From a bacterium (lineage in GTDB: Bacteria; BMS3Abin14), in assembly GCA_020349685.1 (NCBI GenBank), contig CP070698.1:1856292-1876875 (forward strand): DNA of 20,584 nucleotides. The letters are read 5' to 3'. Positions 1 to 6,605 of this stretch are shown piece by piece; position 1 is the first letter of the stretch; every line of letters starts with the position of its first letter. The notes under the pieces were generated by a model. It did no database searches. It was given only the letters and a program-made list of their open reading frames with translations, and was not told the origin of the DNA. The translations under genes and the position numbers were made by a program.

Positions 1-245
1 TTTAATAGACGAATTCTTTCGACCGCCAACCAGGGAAGCAGGCCAAGACTGAAAGGTACCTGTGGGAGCCAGGTCGAATAACGCGGCTGGTTCGGGAAAG
101 TTTTGGAAAATCCGGACGTTTTAAAAACACGTCCCGCGTGTTTCACCGCAACTTCCATACCAGTAAAATAATGTACTGCAGACAGCACATCTTTGATGCT
201 CGCATCATTTTATTGCGGTCCTCCTCAACACCAGATCCTCCGCTA

Positions 246-274
246 TTGACGAACGATAAGATTTCATGTACACA
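246..274 (+). promoter_or_regulatory. Putative sigma70 promoter for rplC
   Basis: TTGACG (246-251), 17-bp spacer, weak -10 TACACA (269-274), about 75 nt upstream of the rplC ATG. Confidence 0.4.
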
Positions 275-348
275 ACCGTGTTCTCCAACTAAACCATCCG
301 CCCCGATGAGGATCGGGATGGATAAGATAGGAAAAGGAGGAACCTATC

Positions 349-1242
349 ATGAGGCAGACCATTCTCGGTCGCAAGCTGGGCATGTCCCAGATCTTCGACC
401 ATCAAGGCAACGCCATCCCGGTAACCATCGTTCAGGCAGGTCCCTGCACCGTCCTTCAGGTGAAAACGGTTCAGACTGACGGCTACAACGCCATTCAGCT
501 CGGCTTCGGCGAGAAGAAGGAAAAGCACACGACGAAACCTCTCCAGGGACATTTCAGGAAATCCGATTCAACCCCTAAGAGGCACGTGCGCGAGGCGAGG
601 ATAGACGATCCGAGTCTCTTCAAGGTCGGCCAGGTCATCACCGCGGGACTGTTCCAGAAGGACGACCGTGTGGACATTACGGGCACCTCGAAGGGCAAGG
701 GCTTTGCCGGTGTCATGAAAAGGCACGGATTCTCGGGGTTCATGGCATCCCACGGCGTCCACGAGAGCAAGAGAGGCCCGGGCTCCATCGGCCAGTCCGC
801 CGACCCTTCCAGGGTTTTCAAAGGCATGAAGATGCCTGGACAGATGGGGAACGAGAGCGTCACGGTCCAGAACCTCAAGGTGGTGGACGTCCGTGAGAGT
901 CAGAACCTCATCATGGTCAAGGGGCCTGTTCCCGGCGGCAAAAACGGCCTCCTGGTCATCCACCACGCCATCAAGAAGGCGGCTCCGCCTCTCAGAGAAC
1001 CTGAAACCGAGGAAGTCGAGCCCGTCCCAGAGGCCGTTGAAGAGGAACTCGATGCCGGACTGACAGCAGCCGAGGTCTCCGAGGAAAGCGCTCCAGTGAC
1101 AGCGGAAACCGCCGAGGAGGTTCCAGCTGAACCGGTCCAGGAGGCAGCGGCGCAGGAAGAACCCGAGGCTGAGTCCAAGAGGGCTGAGAGCGCGGTTGAG
1201 GAAGAAGCGGGCGAAACCGCTGAGGAACCAAAGGAAAGCTAG
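349..1242 (+). CDS. rplC: 50S ribosomal protein L3 (uL3) with long acidic C-terminal extension
   Basis: L3 motifs ILGRKLGMSQIF, DGYNAIQLGF, VDITGTSKGKGFAGVMKRHGF, PGSIGQ..PSRVFKGMKMPGQMG, VKGPVPG. SD AGGAGG at 335-340. Residues ~211-297 are E/A/P-rich. Confidence 0.97.
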   Translation: MRQTILGRKLGMSQIFDHQGNAIPVTIVQAGPCTVLQVKTVQTDGYNAIQLGFGEKKEKHTTKPLQGHFRKSDSTPKRHVREARIDDPSLFKVGQVITAGLFQKDDRVDITGTSKGKGFAGVMKRHGFSGFMASHGVHESKRGPGSIGQSADPSRVFKGMKMPGQMGNESVTVQNLKVVDVRESQNLIMVKGPVPGGKNGLLVIHHAIKKAAPPLREPETEEVEPVPEAVEEELDAGLTAAEVSEESAPVTAETAEEVPAEPVQEAAAQEEPEAESKRAESAVEEEAGETAEEPKES

Positions 1243-1280
1243 GATCCAGAACTCACAGCGAGATCTCCCTTTCAGGGAGC

Positions 1281-1310
1281 TTGTCACCAAGGACATCCTG
1301 GGTGTAATAT
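1281..1310 (+). promoter_or_regulatory. Putative sigma70 promoter for tatA
   Basis: TTGTCA (1281-1286) followed by TGTAAT/TAATAT (1303-1310) at 16-18 bp spacing. A small hairpin CTCCCT-TTC-AGGGAG (1265-1279) lies between it and the rplC stop. Confidence 0.4.
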
Positions 1311-1344
1311 AAAGAGTTGCTAATCAAGGGAAGAGGGTGAATAC

Positions 1345-1545
1345 ATGTTCGGATTCGGCGTTACGGAACTGATCCTCATACTTGTCATCATCCTGGTTAT
1401 CTTCGGCGCGGGTAAACTTCCAGAGATCGGGGCGGGTCTCGGCAAGGGGATCAAGAATTTCAAAAAAGCCACCTCGGGCGAGGACGAGATCGACGTTACA
1501 CCCGAAAAAAAGAAGATCGAGGAAGGCGAAGAGGATAAAGCATAA
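1345..1545 (+). CDS. tatA: Twin-arginine translocase TatA/TatE subunit
   Basis: [41 protein letters not shown]: TM helix, FG hinge, amphipathic helix, charged tail. SD-like GAGGGT upstream. Confidence 0.96.
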   Translation: MFGFGVTELILILVIILVIFGAGKLPEIGAGLGKGIKNFKKATSGEDEIDVTPEKKKIEEGEEDKA

Positions 1546-1571
1546 CCCCAGATCCAATGAAAGGCCCTTTC

Positions 1572-1598
1572 AAGCCGCACCGTCTGGTGCGGCTTTTT
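1572..1598 (+). terminator. Rho-independent terminator after tatA
   Basis: Stem AAGCCGCACC / GGTGCGGCTT with GTCT loop, running into a T tract. Confidence 0.85.
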
Positions 1599-1600
1599 AA

Positions 1601-1630
1601 TTGACATTTAAATTATTATATTCTAATAAT
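1601..1630 (+). promoter_or_regulatory. Promoter with overlapping palindromic operator upstream of the ArsR gene
   Basis: TTGACA at 1601-1606. Perfect 7-5-7 inverted repeat ATTATTA-tattc-TAATAAT (1612-1630) covers the spacer and -10 region, in a very AT-rich patch. Confidence 0.6.
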
Positions 1631-1698
1631 AGTTTTAAAGTATATTCCGTATAAAAAGAAAAGGCTTGTGCCATCTGAAACTATCGGGAGATCGTGAA

Positions 1699-1965
1699 AT
1701 GGATCAGGAAAAAACAGTACAGGCTGAGTATCTCAAGGCTCTCGCGCACCCCACGAGGATCAGGATCCTTGAACTCCTTGACGAGGAGGGCCGTTGCGTA
1801 ACGAACATCGGGGAAAAGCTGGACCTCAAACAGTCCAACATCTCCCAGCACCTGGGAATCCTGAGGTCACGGGGCATTCTGTCCCTGCGCAGGGAAGGGG
1901 GGCACTCCATCTACTGCATCAAGGACACGAGAGCCCTCAAGATCCTGAAGCTGATAAAAAGCTGA
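1699..1965 (+). CDS. ArsR/SmtB family transcriptional regulator
   Basis: LKALAHPTRIRILELL..GRCVTNI..LKQSNISQHLGILR..GIL..RREG..IYC winged-HTH pattern. ATG at 1699 with GGGAG upstream is preferred over the TTG at 1666. Confidence 0.92.
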   Translation: MDQEKTVQAEYLKALAHPTRIRILELLDEEGRCVTNIGEKLDLKQSNISQHLGILRSRGILSLRREGGHSIYCIKDTRALKILKLIKS

Positions 1966-1974
1966 ACAAAGCAG

Positions 1975-2036
1975 AGTCTAGTGTCTGGGATCTAGGGTCT
2001 AGACACCAGATACTAGAAACTAGACACTCGACACTG
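1975..2036. repeat. Inverted heptamer tandem-repeat hairpin (TGTCTAG-type x4, then ACACTAG-type x5)
   Basis: Units agtctag tgtctgg gatctag ggtctag | acaccag atactag aaactag acactcg acactg. The arms are reverse complements around the palindrome GTCTAGAC (1997-2004). Lies between convergent genes. Confidence 0.85.
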
Positions 2037-2050
2037 TGATCGCCATGCGA

Positions 2051-2653
2051 TCACTTTCCCAGATCCACGGCCACAAAATCCAGCACGGCCTGGGTTTCCT
2101 GGCCTCCCACGTACAGTCTCTGAAAAAGGAGGGCCGCTTCCGGCCCTACCTTCTCCGGCCTTTTAAAGAGCAGAAGTTTCTCCATCGTCCTGCCCGGCGG
2201 GATCGTTGTTGATTTGTCGTAGACCGCCTCTTTCAGATCCCCGAGGATCCTTTGCCGATCGCTTCCCCGAGGCAGCTCCATGTAAAGGTGGGCATAATTG
2301 TATGGACTCAGAAGGGGGCCCATCCCCACGGCCAGCCTGATACTCCCGGGATCCATCAGGAGCTCCCCGGTCGAGTTGTTCCTCACGTTGACAAGGAAGG
2401 TGACCAGGGAGACCTGCCTGAGCCCCAGTCCCAGAGGTTCATATCCCGAGTCCTGGAGGTAGGTCATCCTTTGTCCCGCGTCCAGGTATCTGGCGGAAAG
2501 GGTCACCTGACCGTTGTGGACGGATACCGTCGCTGCCTGGCCCTTGACCGGAGTCAGCTTGAAAACGCCGATGCCCTCGGACGCGCATGATGCCAGCGCG
2601 GCGGCGCAAAGGGTCACCAAGACGGCGAAAAAAACCTTCCGGTAACGCCGCAT
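2051..2653 (-). CDS. Hypothetical lipoprotein
   Basis: MRRYRKVFFAVLVTLCAAALASC: basic N-terminus, hydrophobic core, lipobox LASC. ATG lies just after the aminotransferase stop, with GGTGAG upstream. Confidence 0.75.
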   Translation of the reverse strand: MRRYRKVFFAVLVTLCAAALASCASEGIGVFKLTPVKGQAATVSVHNGQVTLSARYLDAGQRMTYLQDSGYEPLGLGLRQVSLVTFLVNVRNNSTGELLMDPGSIRLAVGMGPLLSPYNYAHLYMELPRGSDRQRILGDLKEAVYDKSTTIPPGRTMEKLLLFKRPEKVGPEAALLFQRLYVGGQETQAVLDFVAVDLGK

Positions 2654-2654
2654 C

Positions 2655-3815
2655 CTAGATCTCACCATCTGTAACCTCCCCGATGTAAGCGGAAAGCCGG
2701 CTGATCCCCTCAGCGAGGTTTTCGGCCGAGTTGGCGTAGGAGAACCGGAGATGCCCCTCGGCCGAAGGGCCGAAATCGATTCCCGGTGTGACCGCTACCC
2801 CGGCCCTTTCCAGAATGTCAAAAGCCAGCCGGTGAGAGTCGGTATCCAGATGTCTGGCGTCAACCAGAACGTAAAACGCTCCCTTGGGATCGACGGGCAC
2901 TGGCAGGCCGATCCCCCTCAACCCCTTCAGAAGCAGCATGCGGCGGCTGTTGTAGGTGCGGACCATCTCCCGGACCTCTTTTTCCGTTTGGCGCAGGGCC
3001 GCAATGCCGGCCCTCTGGACGAAGGCGGCGGCCGAGATGAAAAAGTTCTGCTGGATCTTCTGCATGGGCCTGACGAAGCGTTCGGGAGCGATGACATAAC
3101 CCAACCGCCAGCCCGTCATGGCGTATAGCTTTGAGAAACCGTTGAGTACGAAAGATTCCCTGGTGTACTCGAGGATGCTGTGCTCTTGGGTATCGTAAAC
3201 AAGCCCGTGGTAGATCTCATCGGATACCACGGGAACCCCCATCCCCGCGATCCGTTCCATGGTCCCCTGATCCAGGACCGCCCCTGTGGGGTTGCCCGGT
3301 GAGTTGATGAGGATGGCCGCCGTGGAGGGACCGATCCGTCCTGCCATGTCGTCAGGATCGGGCATGTATCCGCTGCTGGCGTAAACAGGCGAATAGACAG
3401 GCTTCCCTCCCAGGAACGACACGAAGTTCGGATAGCAGGCGTAGTGCGGATCGTTCATGAGCACTTCGCCGCCATCTTCGAGCAGGGCCGCGAAGATGAG
3501 CAGGAGGGCCGGAGATGTCCCCGGCGTGACGATTATGCGGCCCGGGTCCACGTCGACGCCGTACCGGAGGGCATAATGCTCGCTGATCGCCTCCCTGAGC
3601 TCCAGGATCCCCAGGCTGTGGGTGTACCTGGTCTCCCCTTTTCCAAGGGCCTCGATGGCCGCCTGCCTCACGACCTCCGGGGTCTCGAAATCCGGCTCCC
3701 CTATCTCCATGTGGATTATGGACCGGCCCTCCCTCTCCAGCTGCTGAGCCCTTTCCAGGACGTCCATGACGATGAAGGGGGGGATTTTTCGCGATCTTTC
3801 CGAAGGCTGTCGCAT
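2655..3815 (-). CDS. Pyridoxal phosphate-dependent aminotransferase, class I/II (aspartate aminotransferase-like)
   Basis: IIHMEIGEPDF, YTHSLGILELREAI, INSPGNPTG, SDEIYHGL, GFSKLYAMTGWRLGY (PLP Lys), HLRFSYA. GGAG SD before the ATG at 3815. Confidence 0.95.
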   Translation of the reverse strand: MRQPSERSRKIPPFIVMDVLERAQQLEREGRSIIHMEIGEPDFETPEVVRQAAIEALGKGETRYTHSLGILELREAISEHYALRYGVDVDPGRIIVTPGTSPALLLIFAALLEDGGEVLMNDPHYACYPNFVSFLGGKPVYSPVYASSGYMPDPDDMAGRIGPSTAAILINSPGNPTGAVLDQGTMERIAGMGVPVVSDEIYHGLVYDTQEHSILEYTRESFVLNGFSKLYAMTGWRLGYVIAPERFVRPMQKIQQNFFISAAAFVQRAGIAALRQTEKEVREMVRTYNSRRMLLLKGLRGIGLPVPVDPKGAFYVLVDARHLDTDSHRLAFDILERAGVAVTPGIDFGPSAEGHLRFSYANSAENLAEGISRLSAYIGEVTDGEI

Positions 3816-3832
3816 AGTGGTTCTCCGCAAAA

Positions 3833-3874
3833 GGAGTCAGGAGCCAGGAGCCAGAAGCCAGGAGATAGGAGACG
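3833..3874. repeat. Heptamer tandem repeat (GGAGCCA-type x6)
   Basis: ggagtca ggagcca ggagcca gaagcca ggagata ggagacg. Confidence 0.85.
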
Positions 3875-3934
3875 GGCTTGGACCCTTTAAAAAAGATGAG
3901 ATCTAATTTACCACAGAGGACAAGAACGAAAAAC

Positions 3935-3969
3935 CCGGATTCCAGAGTCTAGACTCTAGATTCTAGACA
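3935..3969. repeat. Heptamer tandem repeat (CTAGACT/CTAGACA-type x5)
   Basis: ccggatt ccagagt ctagact ctagatt ctagaca; same unit family as 1975-2036. Confidence 0.8.
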
Positions 3970-3971
3970 CT

Positions 3972-4000
3972 GATATCAAAGCGCGAAGCGCCTTGATATC
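3972..4000. repeat. Near-perfect palindrome with GCGAAGC core
   Basis: GATATCAA-a-GCGC-GAA-GCGC-c-TTGATATC. Confidence 0.8.
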
Positions 4001-4030
4001 CCTTGATTTTTCTCTTTTTCTTCTATACCT

Positions 4031-4045
4031 ATAGATATTTTCAAT
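4031..4045. promoter_or_regulatory. Candidate LysR-type T-N11-A box
   Basis: ATAG-atatttt-CAAT, an imperfect ATAG-N7-CTAT dyad, in the AT-rich part of the divergent region upstream of metH-lysR. Confidence 0.35.
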
Positions 4046-4087
4046 AGGTCCCGTGCAGAACGGATCAAAAATCATGTTCTGCCCTGG

Positions 4088-4178
4088 TAGTGACTAGTGA
4101 TTCGTGACTGGTGATCGGCAAACCAAAACAGACACAATGTGGTTTTACTAATCACTAATTACTAATCACCAATCACGA
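4088..4178. repeat. Inverted heptamer tandem-repeat hairpin (TAGTGAT-type x4 ... ATCACTA-type x5)
   Basis: Left arm tagtgac tagtgat tcgtgac tggtgat (4088-4115). Right arm tttacta atcacta attacta atcacca atcacga (4144-4178). Inner AAACCA/TGGTTT pair. Ends 4 nt before the metH SD. Confidence 0.85.
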
Positions 4179-4195
4179 GTGCAGGAGAAACCTTC

Positions 4196-6604
4196 GTGTC
4201 TGCCTTTCTCGACCTCATAAGAGACCGTTCTCTTCTGTGTGACGGCGCCATGGGGACCATGCTCCAGGAGGCGGGGGTCGCTGCGGGCATCTGCCCGGAG
4301 CTGCTGAATGTCCAGGATCCGGATACGATCCGTTCCATCCACAGGGCCTATATCGAAGCGGGCGCCGACATCATCGAGACGAACACCTTCGGCGGCAACG
4401 CAGCCAAGCTGTCTTCCTACGGGATCGAGGACAGGACCGAGGAACTGAACCGGGCCGCGGTCCGCCTCGCTTTGGAGGCGGCCGGCGGCAGGGCCCTTGT
4501 GGGAGGCAGCATCGGCCCCACGGGACGCTTCGTCGCACCGGTGGGTGACATGACCTTCGATGAGGCCGTCGGCATCTTTTCCCGGCAGGCCGCCGCCATC
4601 GCGGAGGCCGGCGCCCACCTCATCCTTCTGGAAACCTTCACGGACATCAAGGAGATAAGGGCAGCGGTCATCGCCGTCAGATCCGTCACAGATATCCCCA
4701 TTCTGGCCCTCATGAGCTTCGAGCCGTCGGGCCAGACCCTTCTCGGCAGTTCCCCGGAAGCGGCCGCTGTCACTCTGGAGGCCGCCGGGGCGGACGCTGT
4801 CGGTTCCAACTGCGGCCTGGGACCGGACGGTGTCCTCGAGGTCCTTAGAAGGATGTCCTCCGTGACCCACCTCCCCCTCGTGGCCATGCCCAATGCGGGC
4901 ATGCCCCGCCTGGTGGGGGACAGGACCGTGTTCCCGGCCTCGCCGGCACAGATGACCGAGCACATTCCCGAATTCCTCGGTATCGGCACCGCCGTCATCG
5001 GGGGGTGCTGCGGCACCACGCCCGACCACATCACGGCCATGAGGCACACCCTCGATGCTTCGGGAAAACGCTCCGATCGCATCCTCACCGACCCGGGAGC
5101 AACGAGGCTCTCAAGCCGGGGTTCCGTTCTCTTCGTGGGCGGCGCCAGCCCCATCCGCGTGGTGGGTGAACGTCTTAACCCCACCGGCCGGAAGGCACTG
5201 GCCCAGTCCGTCCGTGATGGAAAATTCGACCCCTATCGCGAAGAGGCGGCACGCCAGGTCCAGGCGGGTGCCCAGATGCTGGATGTTAACGTCGGAGTAC
5301 CCGGTATCGACGAGGAGAGGGCCATGGTGGAGGCAGTGCTCGCCGTTCAACAGGCGGTCGCCGTACCCATGAGCGTAGACTCCCCGAGGCCTGAGGTCAT
5401 CGAGGCGGGACTTAAAGCCGCGGATGGAAAGGTCCTGATCAATTCGGTCACCGGGGAAAAGGAAAGTATGGAGAAGGTCCTGCCCCTTGCAAAACGCTAC
5501 GGTGCGGCCGTGCTGGGACTGACCCTGGACAACAGCGGCATCCCGCCCACGGCGGAGGGCCGCCTCGCGGTGGCCAGGCGCATCCTGGATGCGGCCAGGC
5601 GGGCAGGCATCCCCGACCAGGATCTCCTCATCGACTGCCTCACCCTCTCGGCGGGAGCGGAACAGGAGAGAGTCGTCCAGACCTTGAAGGCTCTGTCCAT
5701 GGTGCGCAGCGAACTGAAGCTGAATACTGTGCTGGGTGTCAGCAACGTCTCCTTCGGCCTTCCGACCCGTCACTATCTCAACGCCGCCTTTCTGGCCATG
5801 GCAGCCGGTTCGGGGCTCTCCGCGGCCATCGTCAACCCGCTGGACGAGATCTCCATGGGAATTCTCGCCTCTGCCAGGGTCATCCTCAACCAGGATCGTC
5901 AGGCCTCCGGATACATAGCCCTGTATTCCGGGACCGTGGAAAAAAAGAAAACCGCCTCCGCAGCGGAAGTTGGCGAGGAAGAGGCGCTGGGGCTTGCCGT
6001 CGTGGAAGGGCACCCCGAACGCGCCAGGGAACTGGCGCAGGACCTGCTCAGCAAGGGTACCGACCCCATGGCTATCGGGGAGAGCATCCTCATACCGGCC
6101 ATGTCAGAAGTGGGAGAGCGTTTTGCCAGGAACGACTACTTTCTGCCTCAGGTGATGATGTCGGCCCGCGCCATGAAGGCCGCCTTCGAGCCTGTCCGGG
6201 AGGCCATGAAGGGGATGGATGTTCCTTCAAGGGGAAGGATCCTCATGGCCACTGTGGAGGGCGACATCCACGACATCGGCAAGAACATCGTGATCACCCT
6301 CCTGGAGAACCACGGCTACGAGGTGGTCGATCTGGGCAAGAACATCCCGGCCGATGAGATCGCCCGTGAGGCCGGGAAAGGCCAGGTGGATGCCGTCGGT
6401 CTGTCGGCCCTTATGACAACCACCATGGTGAGGATGAAGGAGGCCGTTGAGGCGATAAGGGAGACCGGACTGACGGTCCCTGTCGTGGTGGGCGGGGCCG
6501 CCGTGACCCGGGATTACGCCGCAGAGATAGGCGCCCAGGGATACGCCCGGGACGCCACGGAGGCGGTGGATGTCTTCAGCCGCTTGATCGCGAAGGGCAA
6601 CTGA
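4196..6604 (+). CDS. metH: Cobalamin-dependent methionine synthase, three-module form (Hcy-binding, pterin-binding, B12-binding; no AdoMet reactivation domain)
   Basis: LLCDGAMGTMLQ, AGADIIETNTFG, Zn ligands GSNCG and GGCCGT, VGERLNPTG, LDVNVG, GVSNVSFGLP, B12 motif GDIHDIGKNIV, LSALMTTT. Ends at 802 aa directly after the B12 domain. GTG start with AGGAG SD. Confidence 0.9.
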   Translation: MSAFLDLIRDRSLLCDGAMGTMLQEAGVAAGICPELLNVQDPDTIRSIHRAYIEAGADIIETNTFGGNAAKLSSYGIEDRTEELNRAAVRLALEAAGGRALVGGSIGPTGRFVAPVGDMTFDEAVGIFSRQAAAIAEAGAHLILLETFTDIKEIRAAVIAVRSVTDIPILALMSFEPSGQTLLGSSPEAAAVTLEAAGADAVGSNCGLGPDGVLEVLRRMSSVTHLPLVAMPNAGMPRLVGDRTVFPASPAQMTEHIPEFLGIGTAVIGGCCGTTPDHITAMRHTLDASGKRSDRILTDPGATRLSSRGSVLFVGGASPIRVVGERLNPTGRKALAQSVRDGKFDPYREEAARQVQAGAQMLDVNVGVPGIDEERAMVEAVLAVQQAVAVPMSVDSPRPEVIEAGLKAADGKVLINSVTGEKESMEKVLPLAKRYGAAVLGLTLDNSGIPPTAEGRLAVARRILDAARRAGIPDQDLLIDCLTLSAGAEQERVVQTLKALSMVRSELKLNTVLGVSNVSFGLPTRHYLNAAFLAMAAGSGLSAAIVNPLDEISMGILASARVILNQDRQASGYIALYSGTVEKKKTASAAEVGEEEALGLAVVEGHPERARELAQDLLSKGTDPMAIGESILIPAMSEVGERFARNDYFLPQVMMSARAMKAAFEPVREAMKGMDVPSRGRILMATVEGDIHDIGKNIVITLLENHGYEVVDLGKNIPADEIAREAGKGQVDAVGLSALMTTTMVRMKEAVEAIRETGLTVPVVVGGAAVTRDYAAEIGAQGYARDATEAVDVFSRLIAKGN

Positions 6605-6605
6605 T

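Noticed and set aside
31-50. GGAAGCAGGCCAAG resembling the SRP RNA core
   Set aside because: Lacks the CAGGTCCGGAAGGAAGCAG helix and the long enclosing stem.
3-145. Selenocysteine readthrough of the TGA ending the small minus-strand ORF
   Set aside because: The downstream hairpin lacks clear SECIS features and the extended peptide resembles no selenoprotein I recognise.
138-479. 113-aa plus-strand ORF upstream of and overlapping rplC, considered as rpsJ
   Set aside because: No S10 motifs (no RIRLKA or GPIPLPT), and it spans the promoter and leader of rplC.
3853-3875. AGCCAGGAGA resembling the cobalamin riboswitch B12 box upstream of metH
   Set aside because: It is part of the GGAGCCA heptamer array; the other conserved elements (GGGAA, GCCACTG, following CCTGCC) are missing.
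1975-4178. Repeat arrays considered as CRISPR or IS ends
   Set aside because: Units are 7 nt and contiguous with no unique spacers; no cas or transposase gene is in the window.
4166-6013. Several 250-300 aa minus-strand ORFs
   Set aside because: All lie antisense within metH, which has clear family motifs.
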